Part shown: positions 51,514 through 59,403 of the stretch, piece after piece
How the letters are laid out: each line of letters starts with the position of its first letter
Numbering within the stretch: the first letter of the stretch is position 1
Origin: Bacteroidota bacterium
GTDB lineage: Bacteria > Bacteroidota > Bacteroidia > UBA7662
Assembly: GCA_016868875.1 (NCBI GenBank)
Contig: VGFN01000001.1
Span: forward strand, 3,150-67,149
Reading direction: 5' to 3'
DNA: 64,000 nt
Notes under the pieces: model-generated
What the model was told of the DNA's origin: nothing
Seen by the model: only the letters and a program-made list of their open reading frames with translations
The model's database searches: none
Translations under genes and position numbers: made by a program

Positions 51514-52278
51514 TTATTGGCGACCTTTCTGCAAAATCATTACCGCCATCCATCCCCAATATTTGAGACCTGGAATCCATCGAAAAGACCATTGGTCCAA
51601 TCGATCTAAGGAGCTGAGTATTCTTTTGAAATACGGCCTGTTACGGAAAACAACAGCGGCCGTGGTGAACAAATTGTAATAATCTACGGTAACCTCGCTG
51701 AAATAAGAGGTAGCTTTACGAAAGTCCTTGCGCCGCATGGGTTTTTCGTCCACTGTCCTCAATTGTGGGGTTAATTTTCGGTACCAATTCAGCAGGGGGT
51801 TATGCCCTGTGGGCTCGATAAATACCGCCTTGCCCCCAGGCTTCAGGCATCGATGCAATTCTTTGTAGGCCTTGTCCAAATCCAAATGATGAAGAATAGC
51901 GGAACCCACGATCATATCAAAGGTATTATCCTCAAATTCAAGACTTTCGGCATTCATCCGTCGAAAATCAATCTCCAGATTTTCGGCCTGGGCCTGGGCC
52001 TTGGACTGAGCGATGGCCACATCCGAAATGTCGATGCCCACCACTTGCGCTCCGTGTCGGGCAAGATTAAATGCTGCGGAGCCCGGCCCGCAACCGTATT
52101 CCAATACCTTACAACCCTGGGCCAAAGGCATCAAAGCATGCCAATGGGCGTAACGGCTGCTTTCGATGGTTTCGTAAAATTTATCCACCGATTTACGCAG
52201 GTCTTCCGCAAAAGATTTGTTATGGTATTCCCGCTCCCGTTCTAGGCGTGCGGTATCATCATCCATGGCCTTGTTCAT
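51514..52278 (-). CDS. class I SAM-dependent methyltransferase
   Basis: Motif [13 protein letters not shown] and motif post-I VVGIDIS; 254 aa. Confidence 0.8.
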   Translation of the reverse strand: MNKAMDDDTARLEREREYHNKSFAEDLRKSVDKFYETIESSRYAHWHALMPLAQGCKVLEYGCGPGSAAFNLARHGAQVVGIDISDVAIAQSKAQAQAENLEIDFRRMNAESLEFEDNTFDMIVGSAILHHLDLDKAYKELHRCLKPGGKAVFIEPTGHNPLLNWYRKLTPQLRTVDEKPMRRKDFRKATSYFSEVTVDYYNLFTTAAVVFRNRPYFKRILSSLDRLDQWSFRWIPGLKYWGWMAVMILQKGRQ

Positions 52279-53723
52279 GCCTGCACAGCATCAAATTCAA
52301 CGACGTGACCCATCAAAGTTGCTTTGGTGGATCGATGCACCGTAACATCAACGAAGGTTCCTGGCGACAAGTCTTTGGCACCGATGAAATCAGGGGTCAA
52401 TTCCCCAACTTTACCTGGAAATACCACCATTTTGTTGCGTGAATTTCTACCGCACCAATCCTGATCGGAACGTTTGGACTTGCCTTCGATGAGCACGCGA
52501 TGAACCTTGCCCTCTTCTTCTTGGTTGCGCTCCACGGAATGTTGATCCTGCAAGGCCATAACTTCAGCCAATCTACGTTTCTTGATTTCCTCAGGAACAT
52601 CATCAGGGTATTTACGGGCCGCAAGGGTCCCGGGCCTCTCCGAATACGCAAACATGTAGGCCGAATCAAAACGAACCATCTCCATCAAAGACAAGGTTTC
52701 GCGATGATCCTCTTCGGTTTCCCCGCAGAATCCAACAATGATATCGGTGGTAATTGCACAATCAGGGAGTATCCTTCGAATCGCCTCTACCCGTTCCAGG
52801 TACCAGGGGCGATCGTAGGTCCTGTTCATGCGCGCCAAGACCTTGGAACTCCCGGACTGCACAGGCAGGTGGATATTCTTGCATAAATTATCATGACGGG
52901 CCATGGTGTAAAGCACCTCGTCGGTAATGTCTTTGGGATGGGAGGTCGAGAATCGAACCCTTAAATCAGGTGAGATGCTTGCGATATAGGCCAACAAATC
53001 GGCAAACAAAAAGGTAGGCGATTCTTCCCCCTTGGCTTCCTCTGCAGGGGCTTGCCATCGATAGGAATCCACGTTTTGGCCTAACAGTGTAACTTCCTTG
53101 TAACCTTGGGCCCATAATTCACGGCACTCCTGGTGAATGCTGTAGGGATCGCGGCTCCGTTCCCTCCCTCGGGTGAAGGGCACCACACAGAAAGAACACA
53201 TGTTATCGCAACCCCGCATAATGGTCACAAAGGCGGTCACCCCGTTCGAGCCCAAACGCACCGGGGCGATTTCCGCATAGGTCTCCTCCCGGGAGAGCAA
53301 TACATTCACCGCTTGTTGGCCTCCTTGGACCTGTTCCAAGAGACCCGGCAAATCCTTGTAAGCATCAGGGCCCACCACGAGGTCCACCAACTGCTCTTGC
53401 TCCAATAACTTGCTCTTCAACCTCTCGGCCATGCATCCCAAAACACCAATGATCATGGACGGTTTATGGCGCTTCATGGCCCGAAAATGCTGCAATCGTG
53501 CCCTCACCTTTTGTTCTGCATTTTCCCGTATAGAACAGGTATTGATCATCACCACATCCGCTTGCTCCAATTCATCCGTGACCCCGTACCCCAAATCAGC
53601 CATGACCGAGGCCACAATTTCGCTGTCCGAGAAATTCATTTGGCAGCCGTAGCTCTCCATGTACAGGAATTTGTCGGTAGGTGGTAAATTCCCTTTCAGG
53701 ATCCCGGAAAATTGGCCGCTCAT
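52275..53723 (-). CDS. miaB: tRNA-2-methylthio-N6-dimethylallyladenosine synthase (radical SAM methylthiotransferase)
   Basis: MTTase N-domain [14 protein letters not shown], radical-SAM [11 protein letters not shown] and a TRAM domain. The true start is probably the Met of MESYGCQ. Confidence 0.9.
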   Translation of the reverse strand: MSGQFSGILKGNLPPTDKFLYMESYGCQMNFSDSEIVASVMADLGYGVTDELEQADVVMINTCSIRENAEQKVRARLQHFRAMKRHKPSMIIGVLGCMAERLKSKLLEQEQLVDLVVGPDAYKDLPGLLEQVQGGQQAVNVLLSREETYAEIAPVRLGSNGVTAFVTIMRGCDNMCSFCVVPFTRGRERSRDPYSIHQECRELWAQGYKEVTLLGQNVDSYRWQAPAEEAKGEESPTFLFADLLAYIASISPDLRVRFSTSHPKDITDEVLYTMARHDNLCKNIHLPVQSGSSKVLARMNRTYDRPWYLERVEAIRRILPDCAITTDIIVGFCGETEEDHRETLSLMEMVRFDSAYMFAYSERPGTLAARKYPDDVPEEIKKRRLAEVMALQDQHSVERNQEEEGKVHRVLIEGKSKRSDQDWCGRNSRNKMVVFPGKVGELTPDFIGAKDLSPGTFVDVTVHRSTKATLMGHVVEFDAVQA

Positions 53724-53909
53724 GATCTATGGTCTTGGATAAAAACAAATAAGATTTGAAAAAAGGCTATTTCTTTGGCTAAAAACCGATTTTTTTTACA
53801 AAAATACGAGGAAATGCGACAAAATGTCAGGTTTTACCAAAAACCATGCCATACCCCAGAATTTGGCACAAAGAAGATTTTGTGAACTAAACTTGTAAAA
53901 AAAACCACT

Positions 53910-55802
53910 ATGTTCAAAAAAATACTCTTTTCCATGGCTTTTTGGGCCGCCATCCATGGTGCATCCATAGCCCAGACCGCTTTCAGCGAGGACTTTAACA
54001 CAGTCGCATCCACAACATCCGTTCCCTCCGGTTGGGTTTTGAGAAACATAGATGGGAGGCCCGGCGCAAGCAATGTTTCTACCTTGACTGGCAACAGTAC
54101 CAATGCATGGACTTTTCCCGCGGTTTTCAGCAATTTAGGGAAATCGGCCGTGAGTGTTTCTTGGACCAATCCCGTGGGCATTGTGGATCGTTGGTTGATT
54201 TCTCCATCGATATCCATTCCCGCCAGCGGTAACTATTACATGATTTACGAGGCTCAAAGCTTGGGGAATGCTTCATATCCCGAGGCCTATGAGCTAAGGA
54301 TCAGCAACGGGGATACCGCCAGAGCATCCTTTCTAACCTCAGCCCCGTTGTTTTCGACCAACGGAGAAAACACTGCCTTAACGGTACGTGGTTTTTCCAT
54401 GGCACCCTACGCCGATCAAACCATTCGCTTTGCCTTTCGGAACATCTCCAACGACATGGTGGCCATGTTGGTGGATAATATTCGCATTACGATCCCTGCT
54501 GCTGACGCCGCCAAAATGGTTTCCCACACCGTTCCCTCCTTGGCCTTTACCAACGGTTCAGTGAATGTAGGTGGCTCTTTCAGGAATTTGGGACTTAACA
54601 CCATTTCTTCGGCTACCCTCAACTACCAAGTGAATAACGGCCCTACCACCAGTCAGGCTTACAGCGGTTCGCTGAGCTCCTTCAATGCAGACGCCTTCAC
54701 CTTCACCAGCACCTACACGCCAACTACCGCCGGCGCCTACTCCATCAAGGTTTGGGTTTCCGGACTGAATGGAGGAAATATCAATTCCGATACCTTGACC
54801 GCTACTTTATCCGTTGTGGACCCAGCCCCTCCTGTTCAATCCAATTTGGTCATCTACGAGCATTTCACAAACGCATCCTGCGGGCCTTGTGCCACTTATA
54901 ATCCTCAATTTCAGGCACTTTTGCTAGCCAACAACATGGAGGCTACCTCAGTGAAGCATCACACCTCTTGGCCAGGTACTGACCCCATGTATTCCTTTAA
55001 TACAGCCGATCCCACATCTCGCGTAAACTACTATGGTGTCACCGGCGTACCTGCTGTTCGTTTAGGCTCGACTTTGTCATCGAATCCTGCTAACATCAAC
55101 CAGGGCAATATTGACGATAACATTATGAACACGCCCAACAATTGGAATTACATTCTCAATACCTCCATTACAGGCAACAACCTGTCGGTAACCGGTTCAG
55201 TTCGTGGCAAAACAACGACCTCCAACACCGACAACAAGCTATGGCTCTACCTTGTGGAAGACCCTATTTCCTATGCAACAGCACCCGGCAGCAACGGTGA
55301 AAAAGATTTCCCTTCTGTTCTTCGCAAAATCCTCCCCACCTCCAACGGTATTAATTGTGGTAACGGATCACAAAGCACCACGGTCAATGCGACCTATGCT
55401 TTATCTCCCACCTTCGTTCGGGATAATCTTTACCTGTTGGCCTTCGTTCAGGCAAACGGCACCAAAAACGTCAATAAAGGTGTCAAAATCAAGTTGGGCA
55501 ATGCCATCAACACCACCTCGCTTCAGGACTTACCCTCCAAGAATACCCAATGGAGCGCTTATCCAAATCCTTCGAACAGCGAATTCTTCCTTCAAACTGC
55601 TGATGGATTCAACGACGCGACCGGTTACACCGTGTTCAATGCCATGGGACAAATCATGGCTCAGGGTACCCTGCTTGATAACGGCACGTCATCCACGGTT
55701 CGAATTTCCACGATGGATTGGGCCAACGGTTTATACACCGTTCAACTTACCCAAGGAGATCAGCCTTTAACGCAACCTCGCAAAATCATGGTTCGCCATT
55801 AA
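53910..55802 (+). CDS. T9SS-secreted multidomain protein: choice-of-anchor-J-like N-domain + Ig-like domain + thioredoxin-like SCGPC domain + T9SS C-terminal sorting domain
   Basis: Signal peptide MFKKILFSMAFWAAIHGASIAQ. Contains FSEDFNT...W...WT, then YEHFTNASCGPCATYNP...HHTSWPG.DPMY...RVNYYGVTGVPAVRLG, and a C-terminal beta-rich ~80 aa ending ...GLYTVQLTQGDQPLTQPRKIMVRH, typical of Por/T9SS CTDs. It is paralogous to the next gene. Confidence 0.7.
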   Translation: MFKKILFSMAFWAAIHGASIAQTAFSEDFNTVASTTSVPSGWVLRNIDGRPGASNVSTLTGNSTNAWTFPAVFSNLGKSAVSVSWTNPVGIVDRWLISPSISIPASGNYYMIYEAQSLGNASYPEAYELRISNGDTARASFLTSAPLFSTNGENTALTVRGFSMAPYADQTIRFAFRNISNDMVAMLVDNIRITIPAADAAKMVSHTVPSLAFTNGSVNVGGSFRNLGLNTISSATLNYQVNNGPTTSQAYSGSLSSFNADAFTFTSTYTPTTAGAYSIKVWVSGLNGGNINSDTLTATLSVVDPAPPVQSNLVIYEHFTNASCGPCATYNPQFQALLLANNMEATSVKHHTSWPGTDPMYSFNTADPTSRVNYYGVTGVPAVRLGSTLSSNPANINQGNIDDNIMNTPNNWNYILNTSITGNNLSVTGSVRGKTTTSNTDNKLWLYLVEDPISYATAPGSNGEKDFPSVLRKILPTSNGINCGNGSQSTTVNATYALSPTFVRDNLYLLAFVQANGTKNVNKGVKIKLGNAINTTSLQDLPSKNTQWSAYPNPSNSEFFLQTADGFNDATGYTVFNAMGQIMAQGTLLDNGTSSTVRISTMDWANGLYTVQLTQGDQPLTQPRKIMVRH

Positions 55803-55833
55803 TTCAATGAAGCCGTTCCTTAGGAATCAAAAG

Positions 55834-55856
55834 AGCCCCGCAAGGGGCTTTTTTGT
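55834..55856 (+). terminator. rho-independent terminator between the two T9SS paralogs
   Basis: Stem AGCCCC, loop GCAA, stem GGGGCT, then TTTTTTG; it starts ~30 bp after the stop of the 53910..55802 gene. Confidence 0.7.
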
Positions 55857-55901
55857 GGCATGACCTTATCTTAGTAACCAAATTATTAACCAATTTCGTT
55901 T

Positions 55902-57008
55902 ATGAACCTTTCTCTACGTCTTCCATTCCATAAGCGCTTTCTCGCCTGGGGTGTCCTGTTCTCGGCAGGACTTTCCACTTCGATGGCGCAGGTTTCTGAG
56001 AGCAATATTCTTGTCTTTGAGCACTTCACGAACGCATCCTGCGCCCCATGTGCCCAACAAAACCCCACCTTCCAAGGCCTTATGCGAAGTAATCCCGGTA
56101 AAGCCACGGCGGTTCGGCATCACGTCTCCTGGCCAGGGTTGGATTCCATGTATTTGGCCAACCCTGTGGACCCCACAGTCCGGGTAAATTATTACGGAAT
56201 AAGCGGCGTTCCCGCCTTGCGGCTCGGTCGTCATGCCCTAAGCACCGGTATGGGTCAAAGCACTTTGGAAACCTGGTATAATGTAACTCCAGCCAATTGG
56301 ATCTACGACTTGGATACTCGCCTCATTGGGGTAGGTGACCCACAGGTACCGGATTCCGTCGAAATCACCGGCTCGGTTTACTCGCTTGCTACCCCTGATT
56401 CCACCAACCGACTCGTATTGTTCCTTGCCGAGGATTCGATTTATTTCCCACCCCCAGGACAACCCGGTGGCGGTTTGCCAGGAAGCAACGGAGAGAAGCT
56501 ATTCCCCATGGTCCTTCGCAAAATGCTCCCCGATACCAACGGAATCACTGTCGGATCTGGTGCCGTCCCTACGACCATTGGTTTCAAATACCGGTTAGGC
56601 AACCGTTGGAGAATACCGCACCTGTACCTCACCGGTTTTGTCCAAAATACCGTCACCAAACAGGTACACAAAGGCTTTAAACTTCAATTAGGCAACTCCA
56701 TTCATACCTCGGTGGAGGATGAGGCCCTTATTGGTAATCCATGGAAGGTATACCCAAATCCTGCATCCGAATCCTGCATCCTTGAAATCCCATCCAAAGC
56801 AGAAATGTCAAATGAGGAATGGACCATTCAGATGACCGATCTACAAGGGAGAACCACCCAAATCCTTGCCAATCAGATTTCATTCCTTGGGGCGAATAAG
56901 GTCGAACTCGACCTTAGCAACCTAAGCGAGGGCTTGTATCAACTTACGATTTCATCAAGCCAAGCCCGGACTACCTATTCCCACAAGATTTTCAAAACCA
57001 ACCCATAA
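55902..57008 (+). CDS. T9SS-secreted thioredoxin-like (SCAPC) domain protein, paralog of the C-terminal half of the preceding gene
   Basis: Contains FEHFTNASCAPCAQQNP...HHVSWPGLDSMY...RVNYYGISGVPALRLG, which aligns collinearly with residues ~310-540 of the upstream protein. Its C-terminus ...GLYQLTISSSQARTTYSHKIFKTNP is a T9SS sorting domain. Confidence 0.7.
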   Translation: MNLSLRLPFHKRFLAWGVLFSAGLSTSMAQVSESNILVFEHFTNASCAPCAQQNPTFQGLMRSNPGKATAVRHHVSWPGLDSMYLANPVDPTVRVNYYGISGVPALRLGRHALSTGMGQSTLETWYNVTPANWIYDLDTRLIGVGDPQVPDSVEITGSVYSLATPDSTNRLVLFLAEDSIYFPPPGQPGGGLPGSNGEKLFPMVLRKMLPDTNGITVGSGAVPTTIGFKYRLGNRWRIPHLYLTGFVQNTVTKQVHKGFKLQLGNSIHTSVEDEALIGNPWKVYPNPASESCILEIPSKAEMSNEEWTIQMTDLQGRTTQILANQISFLGANKVELDLSNLSEGLYQLTISSSQARTTYSHKIFKTNP

Positions 57009-57018
57009 TTTACGGACG

Positions 57019-58785
57019 ATGAATCAACCCCGCCTCCTGTTTGAATTGCTGGAATATCAAAAGGCGAGTTATCCCTTGGATTACGCCTTCGGCTGCAAAG
57101 TAGGCGGTGTTTGGAAATTATATTCCACCGAACAAGCCCTGGACGAAGTCAACCGAGTTGCCTTGGGCTTGATTAGCATGGGAGCCCAACCTGGTGACAA
57201 AATTGCAACCATTTCGAACAACAGGCCGGAATGGAATTTCATGGATTTGGGTATGCTTCAAATCGGTGCTGTTCATGTACCCCTTTATCCTACCATTACG
57301 GACCAAGATTACCGCTATATTTTGGAGCATGCCCATGTGAAATGGGTCATGATTTCGGATGAGGCCCTTTATCGTCGCATCGCGCCAATCGCTGCAGAAT
57401 TCCCTGCTATTCATGGGGTTTACACGTTCAACCGGGTTGAGGGTGCTAAACACTGGACCGAAATTCAACAATCTCCGCGCAAAGAACTCAGCGATACCTT
57501 GGCCCGACGTCGCGCTGCCATCCAAAAGCAAGACACTGCCACCATTATCTATACCTCGGGAACCACCGGTTTCCCCAAAGGGGTCATGCTATCCCACGAT
57601 AACATCATGAGCAATTTGCTGGCGGCAGCCGTCAGGGTGCCCTGCAAAGCCGGTGATAAATCCTTGAGCTTCCTTCCGTTGAATCACATCTACGAGCGGA
57701 TGCTGACCTACATGATGATGTACAGTTCCATCGGAATTCATTATGCCGAAAGCATGGAAACCATCGGAGAAAATCTCAAGGAAATCAAGCCCCAAGTTTT
57801 CTCAACCGTGCCTCGGCTTTTGGAGAAGGTGTACGACAAAATTGTGGCCAAGGGAATGGAGTTGACAGGCGTCAAGCGTTCCCTGTTTTTTTGGGCCTTG
57901 AATTTGGGACTGCGCTACGAGCTCCAAAGCGCCAACGGCTGGTGGTACGAAACCCAACTCAAATTGGCCAATAAACTTATTTTTAGCAAATGGCGCGAAG
58001 CATTGGGCGGAAATGTACAGGCCATTGTGAGTGGTGCGGCGGCTTTGCAACCTCGCCTGGCACGGGTTTTTTGGGCGGCCAAAATTCCAGTTTTGGAAGG
58101 CTATGGCCTCACCGAAACTTCCCCAGTTATTGCTGTTAATTATTTTGCAACGGGTCAGGTGGAATTTGGTACCGTAGGACCGGTTCTCGACAGCGTGGAA
58201 CTGCGGATTGCCGATGATGGGGAGATTTTATGCCGAGGCGGCAACATTATGCAAGGGTATTACAAAGACGAAGCCCTGACCCAACAAGTGATTGACCACG
58301 ATGGGTGGTTCCACACCGGCGATATAGGTACGTTGACCGCCCAGGGCAATCTCAAAATTACCGACCGCAAAAAAGAAATTTTCAAAACCTCCGGTGGCAA
58401 ATACATCGCACCCCAAGCCATGGAGAATAAATTCAAGGAATCGGTCTATATCGAACAACTCATGGTCTGCGGTGAAAACCAAAAACACCCCGCGGCTCTC
58501 ATCGTGCCCGCATGGGATATTCTAGTGGACTGGGCCTCCAAGAACGGGATTAGCGACACGGCCATCCCCGCTTTGGCGGTAAACCCCCGCGTCGTTACCT
58601 TGATTCAAAGCGAGGTCGATCGTTACAACCAAGAATATGGCCAATGGGAGCAAATCAAGAAATTCACCATTCTTCCGGTAACGTGGACCGTGGACAGCGG
58701 TGAATTAACCCCCACCATGAAACTCAAGCGCAAGTTCATTGTCGGAAAATTTCAAAAAGAACACGATAAACTCTACGCTTCCTGA
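57019..58785 (+). CDS. long-chain-fatty-acid--CoA ligase (AMP-dependent synthetase)
   Basis: AMP-binding motif IIYTSGTTGFPKGVML, TGD motif FHTGDIG and a C-terminal lysine region; 588 aa. Confidence 0.9.
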   Translation: MNQPRLLFELLEYQKASYPLDYAFGCKVGGVWKLYSTEQALDEVNRVALGLISMGAQPGDKIATISNNRPEWNFMDLGMLQIGAVHVPLYPTITDQDYRYILEHAHVKWVMISDEALYRRIAPIAAEFPAIHGVYTFNRVEGAKHWTEIQQSPRKELSDTLARRRAAIQKQDTATIIYTSGTTGFPKGVMLSHDNIMSNLLAAAVRVPCKAGDKSLSFLPLNHIYERMLTYMMMYSSIGIHYAESMETIGENLKEIKPQVFSTVPRLLEKVYDKIVAKGMELTGVKRSLFFWALNLGLRYELQSANGWWYETQLKLANKLIFSKWREALGGNVQAIVSGAAALQPRLARVFWAAKIPVLEGYGLTETSPVIAVNYFATGQVEFGTVGPVLDSVELRIADDGEILCRGGNIMQGYYKDEALTQQVIDHDGWFHTGDIGTLTAQGNLKITDRKKEIFKTSGGKYIAPQAMENKFKESVYIEQLMVCGENQKHPAALIVPAWDILVDWASKNGISDTAIPALAVNPRVVTLIQSEVDRYNQEYGQWEQIKKFTILPVTWTVDSGELTPTMKLKRKFIVGKFQKEHDKLYAS

Positions 58786-58821
58786 TTGAAAATTTCTTTG
58801 ACCTTCTTACAAACCTCTTGA

Positions 58822-58846
58822 CCCGGCATTGCCGGGTTTTTTTTTA
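58822..58846 (+). terminator. rho-independent terminator after the acyl-CoA ligase gene
   Basis: Stem CCCGGCA, loop T, stem TGCCGGG, followed by a T-run. Confidence 0.7.
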
Positions 58847-58859
58847 GTTTTTTTTGTTT

Positions 58860-58884
58860 TATGCATGCACAAATTATGCATGCA
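58860..58884. promoter_or_regulatory. candidate operator: two direct copies of the palindromic decamer TATGCATGCA separated by 5 bp, upstream of the MarR gene
   Basis: TATGCATGCA occurs at 58860-58869 and 58875-58884. Each copy contains the perfect palindrome TGCATGCA. The site lies between the terminator and the MarR start, where MarR-type autoregulatory sites usually sit. Confidence 0.45.
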
Positions 58885-58902
58885 TACTAAAAAGGGTTAT
58901 CT

Positions 58903-59403
58903 TTGGCTATGGCTTTACCTGCACTTAGCGCTACCAAATCCAAACGAACGGTTTGTTTTGACACTCGTTTGACCTGGCTCAACATCGCCCGTATGTACCA
59001 TTTTGAGGCCGAAAGCTACGGCCTCTCCGTTTCTTCGGCCTACCTCTTGTTGCATATCGAAACAGATGGACTGCCAGTGACGCAAATCGCGCCCAAATTG
59101 GGCATGGAGCCTTCCTCCACCACCCGATCCTTGAATAAATTGGAAAAGGACGGCCTAATCGAAAGGTACCGTATTCCCGGCCAAGACCGTCGGCAGGTGA
59201 TGGTGCGTTTAACACCCCAAGGCATTGCCGCTCGCGAATTGGCCAAAGAAAGGGTACGACATTTTAATCGTTTGATTCGTAACCGACTTGGCGATGCCAA
59301 ATTGGCTGTTTTTTTTGAATGCATGGATACCATCAACGGCCTCATCGGTTCCCTAAGCCCTGCGCAGTTGATGGGCAATGCGCAAATATCCCCTGTGTTA
59401 TGA
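58903..59403 (+). CDS. MarR family transcriptional regulator
   Basis: Winged-HTH ...VTQIAPKLGMEPSSTTRSLNKLEKDGLIERYRIPGQDRRQVMVRLTPQG. The track start is a TTG at 58903; the first ATG is at 58909. Its stop overlaps the next gene's ATG (ATGA at 59400-59403). Confidence 0.8.
   Translation: MAMALPALSATKSKRTVCFDTRLTWLNIARMYHFEAESYGLSVSSAYLLLHIETDGLPVTQIAPKLGMEPSSTTRSLNKLEKDGLIERYRIPGQDRRQVMVRLTPQGIAARELAKERVRHFNRLIRNRLGDAKLAVFFECMDTINGLIGSLSPAQLMGNAQISPVL

Noticed and set aside
53864-53885. TGGCAC hexamer (sigma-54 -24-like) upstream of the first T9SS gene
   Set aside because: There is no TTGC(A/T) -12 element at the required 5-bp spacing, so it is probably chance.
53724-53909. 186-bp intergenic region upstream of the first T9SS gene, checked for a small ORF or RNA
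   Set aside because: It contains only a 24-codon ORF with no features and no strong secondary structure; it is most likely promoter or 5' UTR.
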